Virus record (IMG/VR): IMGVR_UViG_3300031813_000005
Coordinates: 32,001 to 96,000 of that record
Direction: 5' to 3' (one strand)
DNA length: 64,000 nt
Source: a virus
Taxonomy: Duplodnaviria; Caudoviricetes
Under the pieces are notes generated by a model. The model did not search any database, was not told the DNA's origin, and saw nothing but the letters and a program-made list of their open reading frames with translations. Position 1 is the first letter of the stretch. Each line of letters starts with the position of its first letter. Made by a program: the position numbers and the translations under genes. Shown here piece after piece: positions 20,274-29,056 of the stretch.

Positions 20274-20363
20274 TTATCTATTGTCTCTAAATAATACATC
20301 GAAAGATATTTAAAAACAAGCAGCTTAAATATATAAATTAAATTATATTGTGAAAGATTTATT

Positions 20364-20654
20364 ATGTCCTTCGACCCATTTGATGAACGATTATATACTA
20401 GTAAGATAACTGTCTCAGAAGAAACCATTCAAGATACAATTAATGCAACAGAAAAATTATTCTCTCTTGACGAAATTCAGAAAATGGCCGCATTGATTAA
20501 ACGCGGTGGTAGATTTGAGCACATTAAAGACGCATTTCCATATACCGGCTCTTTTAGTGATGTTAACAGTCATGAAGGAATAAATGCATTTAATAGTAAA
20601 AGAGATGCTTACTATGCAAAATTGGATAAACTATACCGGGCAATGATTAGCTAA
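20364..20654 (+). CDS. Hypothetical protein
   Basis: ORF with its own AATTAAAT motif (20336-20343) and a downstream terminator. Confidence 0.7.
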   Translation: MSFDPFDERLYTSKITVSEETIQDTINATEKLFSLDEIQKMAALIKRGGRFEHIKDAFPYTGSFSDVNSHEGINAFNSKRDAYYAKLDKLYRAMIS

Positions 20655-20662
20655 GTATAAAT

Positions 20663-20695
20663 AAAAAGACCCACTGTTTTAAGGTGGGCCTTTTT
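20663..20695. terminator. Bidirectional terminator between convergent genes
   Basis: AAAAAGACCCAC...GTGGGCCTTTTT. Confidence 0.75.
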
Positions 20696-20714
20696 ATGTC
20701 TATTAATATTGATA

Positions 20715-20972
20715 CTAATTACTGGATAATATTAAATAATGTTCGTGGTTAGTAATACCAAATAACTTTTTAGATTGCTCATCAGATAATTTCTTTTGAA
20801 GAGAAGACATTCTATTCCAATTAGCCCAAATTCTTTCTAACTCAGCTTTTGTTGGCTCTTCGTGAATTAGCTCTATACCTGTAGTAGCTCTCCACACATG
20901 AACTGGATCTTTTAATAGAGCAGGATAATGTGCTTTTAAGTACTCTAAAGGATAAGGCGGATCATAAAGCAT
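20715..20972 (-). CDS. Hypothetical protein (85 aa, likely leaderless)
   Basis: Start reassigned to ATG 20972 (MLYDPPYP), which removes the overlap with uvsX; AATTAAGT-TT-ATG. Confidence 0.7.
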   Translation of the reverse strand: MLYDPPYPLEYLKAHYPALLKDPVHVWRATTGIELIHEEPTKAELERIWANWNRMSSLQKKLSDEQSKKLFGITNHEHYLILSSN

Positions 20973-20980
20973 AAACTTAA

Positions 20981-22138
20981 TTAAAGCAAACCTAAACCTG
21001 GGTCCATATCTTCTGTGAGAAGCTGAGTATCTGTTTCTGAATTGTCGTTGAGAGCAAGGTTGGTAAAACAAGACTTCATCATATTAACGAAATGCTGTCT
21101 ATTCTCTTCCGAAGCATTAAATAACTCAATAAAAGTACTATCAGAGTTAAACTTCTTTTCAGTACCGTCTGGCAGGGTAATAGTTTTCCATGCTCCGGTT
21201 CCTGGGAAGGCTTTAGCATCATTTAAAACATCATAAACGATACCAGCGTTGCTATAAGCTCGTTGGTCATAATAGAACCTGAGAGGGAGAACCCGGTTCA
21301 TTGCTCCAGAAGTCTTACATTTAATAACCTTGCAATTAACGATGTGACCTTCAGACATTTTAGTATCACCAAGGGTCTTGCCACGCGTGAAGAACAAACG
21401 AGTAATAGCCATGAACTTCAACATATCGCCACCTGGAGTTGTATATTCAGGGCCAGTGAATGAATTAGTCATTCCACCAATCTTGATGCGACTCTGATTT
21501 ACAAACATTGCGGCGAGGTTTGTTTCATGACAAATAGACTTTGTTCTTTTAATACCTTTAGAAATTACACGGGCTGTGGTTGCAAATGAATTTGTTTCCA
21601 TATCAGCCTCAAGCTCTGCCTTGGCAATTAAACCAGCAACAGAGTCGACAATAACCATAGATGGAGCTTTGATATTATTCTTAGCGATATGGTTGGCTAC
21701 TCTTTCAATCTGACTAAATACTTTTTCAGCCACATCTTCAATGGTAATGATAGACTTTTTGGGATCAACTCCAAAATGCTCCAACCTAAAACGATCACCA
21801 ACACCACCCGACTCAGTATCAATAATAACACCTAAGCCACCCTGTCTTTGAATATTAGCAAGCATGTGAATACCGAAACTCGATTTGCCAGTTCCTTCTC
21901 GTCCTGCTACTTCTGTCATCTTACCTTGAGGTAGACCACCACCTAAAAGATAATCAAGAGCATCAATATTGGTTTTAATAAAACCACTAATGTTATCATC
22001 GTCATCAATGGCTGTGCCAGCCCCAAACTCTTTTCGGAGTTCTGCTCTAAATCCGTCCAAATCACCTAAACCAGAAACTCCAGCTAATTGCTCTTCTTCT
22101 TTAGATAGACCAGTTAAACTTTTCTTTTTATACGCCAT
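20981..22138 (-). CDS. uvsX: RecA/UvsX recombinase
   Basis: LDYLLGGGLP, Walker A GREGTGKS, IDTE, VDSV, FVNQSR, TPGG motifs. Start ATG 22138 with AAAGGA SD. Confidence 0.95.
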   Translation of the reverse strand: MAYKKKSLTGLSKEEEQLAGVSGLGDLDGFRAELRKEFGAGTAIDDDDNISGFIKTNIDALDYLLGGGLPQGKMTEVAGREGTGKSSFGIHMLANIQRQGGLGVIIDTESGGVGDRFRLEHFGVDPKKSIITIEDVAEKVFSQIERVANHIAKNNIKAPSMVIVDSVAGLIAKAELEADMETNSFATTARVISKGIKRTKSICHETNLAAMFVNQSRIKIGGMTNSFTGPEYTTPGGDMLKFMAITRLFFTRGKTLGDTKMSEGHIVNCKVIKCKTSGAMNRVLPLRFYYDQRAYSNAGIVYDVLNDAKAFPGTGAWKTITLPDGTEKKFNSDSTFIELFNASEENRQHFVNMMKSCFTNLALNDNSETDTQLLTEDMDPGLGLL

Positions 22139-22161
22139 TTTATATCCTTTTAAAAAAATGG

Positions 22162-22242
22162 GCCAGTGAGTGTTTAAGGAGGCGAAACACACTCACTGGC
22201 TCCATTACACGGTCCAACTATTATTTTACACAATTAGACCGT
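22162..22242 (-). promoter_or_regulatory. Two tandem RNA hairpins in the gp32-uvsX spacer (terminator or attenuator)
   Basis: 13-bp stem with G-U pairs (22209-22242) and a perfect 12-bp stem (22162-22200) followed by CCATTTTTTT. Confidence 0.7.
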
Positions 22243-22249
22243 TTCCCGA

Positions 22250-23101
22250 TTAGTTATCGTCTCTCAATGAAGCGCGAAGAGTGTCCAAATCAGAAGGACT
22301 AAACTCTTCACTATCTGCTTCCTGCGAAGAAAGCTTCTTTGGTTTAGAAGAAGCCGTTGGGCTTACAACAGGTTCATCTACCTTTGGTTGGCTTGTAAAA
22401 CGAGCTACAAGTTCAGCCATCTTTTCCTCTGAAGGAGGAGTAATGATTGCGGTTAAATCGGGAGATACTTCAATTAGCTTATCCCAAATGTCCTTACCCT
22501 TTTTGCCAGTAAAAGCAGGTTCTGGGTCCTGAAACTGCCAAGTAGTAGCAACTATAGTTCCCTTACCGGCTGGCTTCAAGAGTTCACAATTTCTACCGCT
22601 ATCAAAATCTACGAAATCCTTTTCCTTGCTCATAATGGAAACAATACCTTCCATAGAAGCTTTAGACGAGGCACGAACGATCTTCACAGACTCTTCTGTG
22701 ATGTTAGAAGTATCGAGCTTATCTACCTCATAACCTACTAACAAATAATTTTGCTTAACTACCAACTGCTTAAAAGCTTCCTTGTAAGCTGGGTCTTCGG
22801 TGGCCGTAAACTTTCTATAAGAGTTGGAAGCTAACTCGCAGAATGGACACTTTCTTCCATCGCCGGCCTTTTGGGGACAAGCGAAACTTTCAAATCTACC
22901 GTCTGGAAAATTGACAGCATGGTGATTGTAAATCTCAACAGGAAGTTCAAAATCCTTTGACTTTAGAGGTAGAAACCTTAAAGTATGTGTAGCTCCTGGA
23001 GAGGGTTTAAACCAATAAGGACCAGTCTTCGCTGACTTTTGGTTTGACTTTTCGAGTATTTCCTTGAAAAGATTAAAATTCGTTTTCTTAATTTCTGCCA
23101 T
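22250..23101 (-). CDS. gp32: Single-stranded DNA-binding protein (T4 gp32-like)
   Basis: LRFLP, H...CP...CPFCE zinc ligands, acidic C-terminus. Start ATG 23101 with AAGGA SD. Confidence 0.85.
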   Translation of the reverse strand: MAEIKKTNFNLFKEILEKSNQKSAKTGPYWFKPSPGATHTLRFLPLKSKDFELPVEIYNHHAVNFPDGRFESFACPQKAGDGRKCPFCELASNSYRKFTATEDPAYKEAFKQLVVKQNYLLVGYEVDKLDTSNITEESVKIVRASSKASMEGIVSIMSKEKDFVDFDSGRNCELLKPAGKGTIVATTWQFQDPEPAFTGKKGKDIWDKLIEVSPDLTAIITPPSEEKMAELVARFTSQPKVDEPVVSPTASSKPKKLSSQEADSEEFSPSDLDTLRASLRDDN

Positions 23102-23207
23102 TTGGCGTTCCTTTATATGAAGGCTGGAGATTTCCAGCAAAAGACCCGATATATTGGTATCAGGTAAGTAATAATTCCGTGTGAAGTTTAATTCGCCTCG
23201 GTAAATA

Positions 23208-23216
23208 TATATCGGA
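23208..23216 (-). promoter_or_regulatory. CCGATATA-class promoter motif for gp32-uvsX
   Basis: TCCGATATATA on the minus strand; the motif recurs upstream of other DNA-metabolism genes. Confidence 0.55.
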
Positions 23217-23254
23217 TATGCGGGTCAGACTGGAAATGAAAAGTTCAAAAAGTT

Positions 23255-23270
23255 TGGCACGATTATTGCT
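23255..23270 (+). promoter_or_regulatory. Sigma54 (-24/-12) promoter consensus
   Basis: TGGCACG-ATTA-TTGCT, an exact consensus with 12-bp GG-to-GC spacing, intergenic, 21 nt before ATG 23292. Confidence 0.55.
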
Positions 23271-23291
23271 AATATAAATAATAAAGTATAT

Positions 23292-24416
23292 ATGATAATA
23301 ACCAGCTCTCCTAAAAATAAACTCCTATTAGGAGACAATAATAAAAAAATCAATAAAAGATTACTATCAACTGTTGATATTAATAATAGTATACTGGTAA
23401 TAGATTTTACTTACTACTGTTCTCTAATAGCTAACAAACTAAAATATAGTAGCTCTTTTGGCGAAAAATGGTCCGACCTGGTTGGCTCGAGCGACAGGCT
23501 TCGTGCGCTACAAGCAGTTGATGATATCTTCGAACCGATTTTGAGCATTAAACGCCTTGTAGAAATAAAAAATCTGGTGCTTCTAACCAAACCAACAAAA
23601 GATTTTTCAATTTTTGAAAAAGAGCTGTTTAAAGTTTTCTCTGGTATAATAAGTTATTATATAGAAACAACAAATAAAGTATCTTCTTTATATTCTATAG
23701 CCGTTCAAGAAAAACAAAAATATATTATACTTACAGATGATGTTAGTTTTTGGTCTATTTGTAGTCAAAAATCAAAGATTTGTTTTTGTACTGTTATTAA
23801 AAATAATAAAGTTAGATTTTATTTTGATAAGTTTGGGTTAGAATACCTTTCAAGCCTAATCCAAACAAACAAAATTGTTAATAAACTACGCCTCAGTAAA
23901 TTAAAATATGTTAATCTCCAGTATTTGTTTTTACTGTTATTATATGTAAAGTTTAAACAAGTTAAAATGAAAGAAGAACTTGATATTTCAGATAAGCAAT
24001 TTTTAGGTGCGAAAGGAAAAGCTTTACAGTTATTAACAACAGCACATAAAGAGATATCTTATTATTTTCTGACTAAACCTGATATAATGGAAATATTCTT
24101 AACAAGTTCTATAACGCACTTCACTCTTAATTTAAGCAGATTAAAGAAATTAACACAATTTGATATTACTTTACTCTCTGGTTTTGCTGCTTACTACAAT
24201 TATAGTAAAATAACACAAATAGATGTAATCAAAACCAAACCAAAAACTGTTTATTATAAGCTCATAGAACATTCAAAGTTATTTTGTTTTCAAGACATAG
24301 AGAAACCAGAAAAAAATAAAAAAGTCTCTCTGCCACAAGAACCAATTCAATCCGATATATCTTCGCTGGAGACTTCTCTGGCTGTTAATCAAATTTTAAA
24401 GGATTTAGCATGGTAA
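23292..24416 (+). CDS. Degenerate 5'-3' exonuclease/FEN-like paralog (probably inactive)
   Basis: ILVIDF, IILTDDVSF and QYLF segments are colinear with motifs of the downstream nuclease; EADD and GDxxD motifs are missing. Confidence 0.45.
   Translation: MIITSSPKNKLLLGDNNKKINKRLLSTVDINNSILVIDFTYYCSLIANKLKYSSSFGEKWSDLVGSSDRLRALQAVDDIFEPILSIKRLVEIKNLVLLTKPTKDFSIFEKELFKVFSGIISYYIETTNKVSSLYSIAVQEKQKYIILTDDVSFWSICSQKSKICFCTVIKNNKVRFYFDKFGLEYLSSLIQTNKIVNKLRLSKLKYVNLQYLFLLLLYVKFKQVKMKEELDISDKQFLGAKGKALQLLTTAHKEISYYFLTKPDIMEIFLTSSITHFTLNLSRLKKLTQFDITLLSGFAAYYNYSKITQIDVIKTKPKTVYYKLIEHSKLFCFQDIEKPEKNKKVSLPQEPIQSDISSLETSLAVNQILKDLAW
24351..24359 (+). promoter_or_regulatory. CCGATATA-class motif upstream of the 5'-3' exonuclease
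   Basis: TCCGATATATCT about 50 nt before the ATG. Confidence 0.5.
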
Positions 24417-25459
24417 AAGATATGATATTTATGGATACAAATCCAGCACTTTTAGTTGATGGGAGTAATCTTTTAATTCGTTTGCTATATGCTCGTCAAT
24501 CTGGTTCTAACTTACTAACAGAAACAGAATTATTATCTTCTGTTGCTGATATGTTTATTCACCAATTAGGGCTTCAGGCAAAGAACTTCAACTGTTCGAG
24601 TATTTATATTATATTTGATATTGGCGGATCTCACCGGAAACAAGCTTTATATACAGAATATAAGAGCAACAGAGAGTTAGCACCCATAGCTGGTGCTGCT
24701 ATGGATACTAAAGACTATTTGTTTAGTATGTATGGTAAGTTAAGAGATAATGTAGTTGACTTGTGTAGAGCTTTTAATTTACCTGTATTTATGGAAACTG
24801 GTATAGAAGCGGATGACATCATTGGTATAATGGCTGAACAACTAACAAGCCTTGGAAAAAACTCTGTTATATTAAGCAACGATACGGATTTCTTACAGTT
24901 GGTAGCTAGCCCATCCGTGTCTTGCTATGTTCCATACAAAAAAACAATTGTTAATAATAAAAACTTTCCAGAGTATTTTAATGAAATGAAGGGTATAAAA
25001 ATCCACCCTCAAGAGTATTTATTCTTTAAAGCGTTAGTAGGAGATAAAGGCGACAATATACCAGGAATTAATCGCGTAGGCTATAAGACCCTTTACAAGC
25101 TCCGCGAAGCCTACTTTACAAACGACCAGACATATTTAAATCTTTATGATAAAAACCCTATTGACTTTATCAATACTGTATCATCTATTAATAGCACTGA
25201 CAAATTTCTAACTCTTATTAAAAACAATAAAGACTTGATACTTCGTAATTACAAACTAATAGACTTATCAAGCACATACTCTTCTGCTTATACTTTAAAC
25301 CAAGCATTAAAGTTTTTATCTTCTAATACACTTCAAAAGCCCTCTATCCCACAAATTACAACTAAATATAAAGAACTGTTTAAGTTATCCCCAAAGTTTG
25401 AATTTGTCGTGGAAAACATTGGGCGGCTCGGAAAATGTTTTCGGCATGAACAGGGTTAA
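24410..25459 (+). CDS. rnh: 5'-3' exonuclease / flap endonuclease (T4 RNase H-like)
   Basis: LVDGSNL, IFD, YKSNR, EADD, SNDTDF, GDKGDNIPGI.VGYKT motifs. Confidence 0.92.
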   Translation: MVKDMIFMDTNPALLVDGSNLLIRLLYARQSGSNLLTETELLSSVADMFIHQLGLQAKNFNCSSIYIIFDIGGSHRKQALYTEYKSNRELAPIAGAAMDTKDYLFSMYGKLRDNVVDLCRAFNLPVFMETGIEADDIIGIMAEQLTSLGKNSVILSNDTDFLQLVASPSVSCYVPYKKTIVNNKNFPEYFNEMKGIKIHPQEYLFFKALVGDKGDNIPGINRVGYKTLYKLREAYFTNDQTYLNLYDKNPIDFINTVSSINSTDKFLTLIKNNKDLILRNYKLIDLSSTYSSAYTLNQALKFLSSNTLQKPSIPQITTKYKELFKLSPKFEFVVENIGRLGKCFRHEQG

Positions 25460-25468
25460 ACCGATATA
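25460..25468 (+). promoter_or_regulatory. CCGATATA-class motif upstream of the HD nucleotidase and primase
   Basis: ACCGATATACAAT followed by GGAGG SD and ATG 25485. Confidence 0.55.
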
Positions 25469-25484
25469 CAATTCGGAGGCTTTT

Positions 25485-26042
25485 ATGCTCGAAAGACGAA
25501 GTACATATGGCGTAGTTGACGCTATTGTTGGCATGAGCGCTGTTAAGCGTTTCCATGGCCGAAACACTATTAAACAACAAACATTAGCTGACCATAGTGG
25601 TCGAGTTGCTCAAATTGCGTTCTTTTTAGCCCTTGAGTTTTATGAGGGAGACTATTCAAAAGTTAACTATGTAGCTACTCTTGGTTTGTTCCATGATTTA
25701 CCAGAAAGTTTACTTGAATGTGATATTCCAACACCTGTAAAGCTCCAAAAAGGAATTGGGCCAAAACTTAAACAAATAGAAACAGAAGCTGTTAAAAGGA
25801 TATTTCCAGACAGCCCATATCTCCAAAACTTAGCTATGGAAGTAGCATCAGAAGACGATTTTAGTTTAATGAAGCTGGCAGACCTACTCGATTTAGGTTT
25901 ATATATTTGGGAAGAAAAACAACTTGGAAACAAATCTTTAGATCCACTGTTGGAAATGTTTTTTCATTTATTTGATAGTTATCCAACTGTTTATAGGGAT
26001 TTAGCGTTTGCTCAAGCGTGTAGAGTAAAGATAGCGAGTTAA
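25485..26042 (+). CDS. HD-domain deoxynucleotide phosphohydrolase (YfbR/DatZ-like)
   Basis: KR, LADHS, HD..E, DIPTPVK, K.AD, EE..GN motifs. Start reassigned to ATG 25485 (GGAGG SD). Confidence 0.85.
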   Translation: MLERRSTYGVVDAIVGMSAVKRFHGRNTIKQQTLADHSGRVAQIAFFLALEFYEGDYSKVNYVATLGLFHDLPESLLECDIPTPVKLQKGIGPKLKQIETEAVKRIFPDSPYLQNLAMEVASEDDFSLMKLADLLDLGLYIWEEKQLGNKSLDPLLEMFFHLFDSYPTVYRDLAFAQACRVKIAS

Positions 26043-26044
26043 TA

Positions 26045-26908
26045 ATGGACGAGCAGACCTTTCAATGCCCAAAATGTAGGCATCATAATCATAAATTATA
26101 TGTGAATACCGATAAGGGCTTATTCAACTGCTTTCATTGCGGTTTTGCCGGGGATATAAATAAGCTAAGAAAATATCCAGAGGTTTGGTCAAAGATAGAA
26201 GACAAAGCTTCCTTATCAGTGTTTGCTAAATTATTATTTCCAGCGGCTAAAGAACATAAGTTCAATTCGGAACTTTTAAAACCTCTAAAGCCTTTTAGAG
26301 AAATAGACCCAGAAGATAATGAATATAAATACCTTTTATCCAGAGGCTGGGATGAAGACATTATAGATTGTTATGATATTTTAGTATCAGATAATGAACA
26401 TTATTTAGATAGAGTTATTATTACAATTCAAGACAATAAAGGTAATACTGTATTTTATACTGGTAGAGCTATTGATAAACATATTACACCAAAATATCTA
26501 AACTCGGTAGCCCCAAAAGATTTTGTATTTCAATCTATTACTCCTGTCGATTCCTTTTACACAGAAGACGCTTATATTGGTGAGGGTATTTTTGATGTAT
26601 TTAAATTGCCTGGAGGTATAGCATTACTTGGTAAAACTTTATCAAAAGACCAGCATTCAGCGTTGTTTAGTGGAATAAAACAAAAGAAAAATATCTATCT
26701 TTGTTTAGACCCAGGTACGGAAAAGGAATCTAAAACATTAGCAAGAGAGCTTGATAGTTGGTTTCCTAATAAAAATATATACATTTTGAACTGGAAAGAC
26801 GAAAAGGTAAAAGACCTTGGCGACCTCTCAAAAGAAATGTCAAGAACAAACTTAATGAAACACATTCAGAAAAACTCAAAGAAGTTTAGTACCAGAATGT
26901 TTGTATAA
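26045..26908 (+). CDS. DNA primase (Zn ribbon plus TOPRIM)
   Basis: CPKC...CFHC, YLLSRG, GR, KYLNS, EGIFD, LDP, KDLGD motifs. Confidence 0.9.
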   Translation: MDEQTFQCPKCRHHNHKLYVNTDKGLFNCFHCGFAGDINKLRKYPEVWSKIEDKASLSVFAKLLFPAAKEHKFNSELLKPLKPFREIDPEDNEYKYLLSRGWDEDIIDCYDILVSDNEHYLDRVIITIQDNKGNTVFYTGRAIDKHITPKYLNSVAPKDFVFQSITPVDSFYTEDAYIGEGIFDVFKLPGGIALLGKTLSKDQHSALFSGIKQKKNIYLCLDPGTEKESKTLARELDSWFPNKNIYILNWKDEKVKDLGDLSKEMSRTNLMKHIQKNSKKFSTRMFV

Positions 26909-26916
26909 TTAAGTTT

Positions 26917-28122
26917 ATGGCCGTTATTATAGATGAAAACTTCGACTCCGTCTTATTAGACACAACCAACAAAGCTGTAATCAGTGAAAACTTCACATAT
27001 TTGATTAAGCAATTAATGGATTATGTAGATCCGGCTGTTTCAAACGAACACGAAAAATTAAGCCACGTAATAGGCGGAAAAAGAAGAGCAATGAGAGGAG
27101 AAAGGTCCTCTAAATTAGGCTATTCTTATAGGATAGCTGCTGGCAAACTTATAACAAAAAGCGGTAAAAGTAAAGTTATAAATGCTTTTGGTACTAACAT
27201 TTTAGTAGACGAATGGACAGTTTCACACCCACATGTAGTTGATTCGAATATGGGCGAAGAATACCCAACTGTCGATAGTAATGGTGAACCAAGAGGACCA
27301 TATACTTGCTTAATGACAGCAAGAATATCTCTTACAAAGAAAACTCCAACCAGATGTTATGTAAGTTGTAATTGTAAAGATTTTGATACAAAGTTTTATG
27401 AACGCTTACAACAAGGCGGTTATACAAAAGAAAAAAGTTTACCCAAAGCCACACAACCAGAACGACTTGCTCCAGCATTGTGTAAGCATTTATATGCTAT
27501 ATATATTCAACATTATAGAGATTTAGTTAAAGAAACTGAAAACTTTGTTGTCGATTCAAGCCCCGTCCTTTTTGGTGGAACAGACACAAATACAGGACCG
27601 CAAAATCCAATCCCAACTACAATTACATCACCTACTACAGTAAATAAAGTAGCTACTAATAAACAAGAAGCTATTGATATAATTACAGCCTACTTAAAAA
27701 CAGAATATAATAGGATTAAAGATAATCCAGACGCGTATTTTGATACAAGAACAGCTGCTAATGGTGGACAAACGTATCATAGATACCCATTTTCTGTTAT
27801 TTTACAAAACGGTAATCTAAAAGCTATTGCCTATAGAAATAAAAATATGCCTTTGACTAAAGCTAATAATAGTCCTATACAAATTTTAAATATCCCAAAT
27901 AACCCAAAAATCTGGAGATTTATGAAGTTTGGAACTGACCATATAAAATTATGGAATATCATAAAGAGTTTAGGAGAGATGCCAGCAAACGTAAAAGCTA
28001 AACTAAAAGCATCTGGAAAAAAAGAACCTGTATTTGATAATGTGGAAATTATAACAGATTTAAGCTATTTAGCAGAAAACGATAAAAGCTCAATACTATC
28101 TTCTATATCAGAACTAAATTAG
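26917..28122 (+). CDS. SWIM zinc-finger protein
   Basis: VSCNCKDF ... LCKHL; late motif 2 nt before the ATG. Confidence 0.7.
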   Translation: MAVIIDENFDSVLLDTTNKAVISENFTYLIKQLMDYVDPAVSNEHEKLSHVIGGKRRAMRGERSSKLGYSYRIAAGKLITKSGKSKVINAFGTNILVDEWTVSHPHVVDSNMGEEYPTVDSNGEPRGPYTCLMTARISLTKKTPTRCYVSCNCKDFDTKFYERLQQGGYTKEKSLPKATQPERLAPALCKHLYAIYIQHYRDLVKETENFVVDSSPVLFGGTDTNTGPQNPIPTTITSPTTVNKVATNKQEAIDIITAYLKTEYNRIKDNPDAYFDTRTAANGGQTYHRYPFSVILQNGNLKAIAYRNKNMPLTKANNSPIQILNIPNNPKIWRFMKFGTDHIKLWNIIKSLGEMPANVKAKLKASGKKEPVFDNVEIITDLSYLAENDKSSILSSISELN

Positions 28123-28131
28123 TAGGCGTAT

Positions 28132-28512
28132 ATGACGGCAACTCCAAATTCCTTTTTAAAAATTATACCGATTACTGTATCAAGCGGAGAAGCTTCTGTT
28201 GGTATAGTAAATAGAACATATTCAGATAGAATTGAAAACTCTTCTACTGTTGAAGTTTATTATAATGGACAACTTATTCCGGGCGGTTTACATCCAGTCA
28301 CGCCAACATCAAAGTTTTATTATGACTTAACTATTACTCTTGGAACCATAAACGGAACAACTGGAGCCGATTCCGGCTCTTCTGCCGTATTTGTTTTAAG
28401 AACAAATCCATCCTACGAAGGGCCTGGATATACAAGCGGTACTTCTACAAGCACTTTATCAGTATTTGATAGTTTTAACATTTCCTACTATTATGTAGTT
28501 TATACGGTGTAG
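28132..28512 (+). CDS. Hypothetical beta-rich protein, possibly structural
   Basis: Thr/Ser/Gly/Tyr-rich with VYYNGQ; operon-coupled. Confidence 0.6.
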   Translation: MTATPNSFLKIIPITVSSGEASVGIVNRTYSDRIENSSTVEVYYNGQLIPGGLHPVTPTSKFYYDLTITLGTINGTTGADSGSSAVFVLRTNPSYEGPGYTSGTSTSTLSVFDSFNISYYYVVYTV

Positions 28513-28513
28513 C

Positions 28514-29056
28514 ATGTTAAAAAAAACACATACCCAACAACAATTTCTTAATGATGTTAAAACCAGAATTAACATGTATTTATATAGAAGTTTAGAGGTT
28601 TCTTTTGACCCTCTTACGCTATTTCTACAAGATACCTCATTAATCGGACCAATGAATTGGCAAATTCCTGCTAATAAAGAACGATTACAAAATGTCTTTA
28701 CAAATTTGTCATTAGCTGTTAGTAATTATTCAATGACAGACGGAGATTTTAGAACATATTTATTATTGAAAATGGTAAATATAGTATATAATGAATTTTC
28801 AGAAGAGTTATTTAGAGCCTTTGTTTCAAGCGCATATGGAGTTGACGCTGATACGGTGGTAGGAAATTTAGATGAAGCCTATTCTATACAACCGTCACAA
28901 AACACGCAATTTCCAGGATTAAGCACTAATACAAATCCTATGGCACCATTACCACAAAAGCTTGTTCCAAATATTCTATATGCGTCTGCGTCATTAGATA
29001 AACCTAACTTCTTTGAGCAAGCTAAAATTGATATCGAAGACATCAAACCATTCTAA
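28514..29056 (+). CDS. Hypothetical protein
   Basis: Tightly packed ORF in the operon. Confidence 0.7.
   Translation: MLKKTHTQQQFLNDVKTRINMYLYRSLEVSFDPLTLFLQDTSLIGPMNWQIPANKERLQNVFTNLSLAVSNYSMTDGDFRTYLLLKMVNIVYNEFSEELFRAFVSSAYGVDADTVVGNLDEAYSIQPSQNTQFPGLSTNTNPMAPLPQKLVPNILYASASLDKPNFFEQAKIDIEDIKPF

Noticed and set aside
29013-29056. Programmed frameshift joining 28514-29056 to 29013-29309
   Set aside because: No slippery heptamer or stimulatory structure is evident, and in-frame TTG starts explain the overlap.
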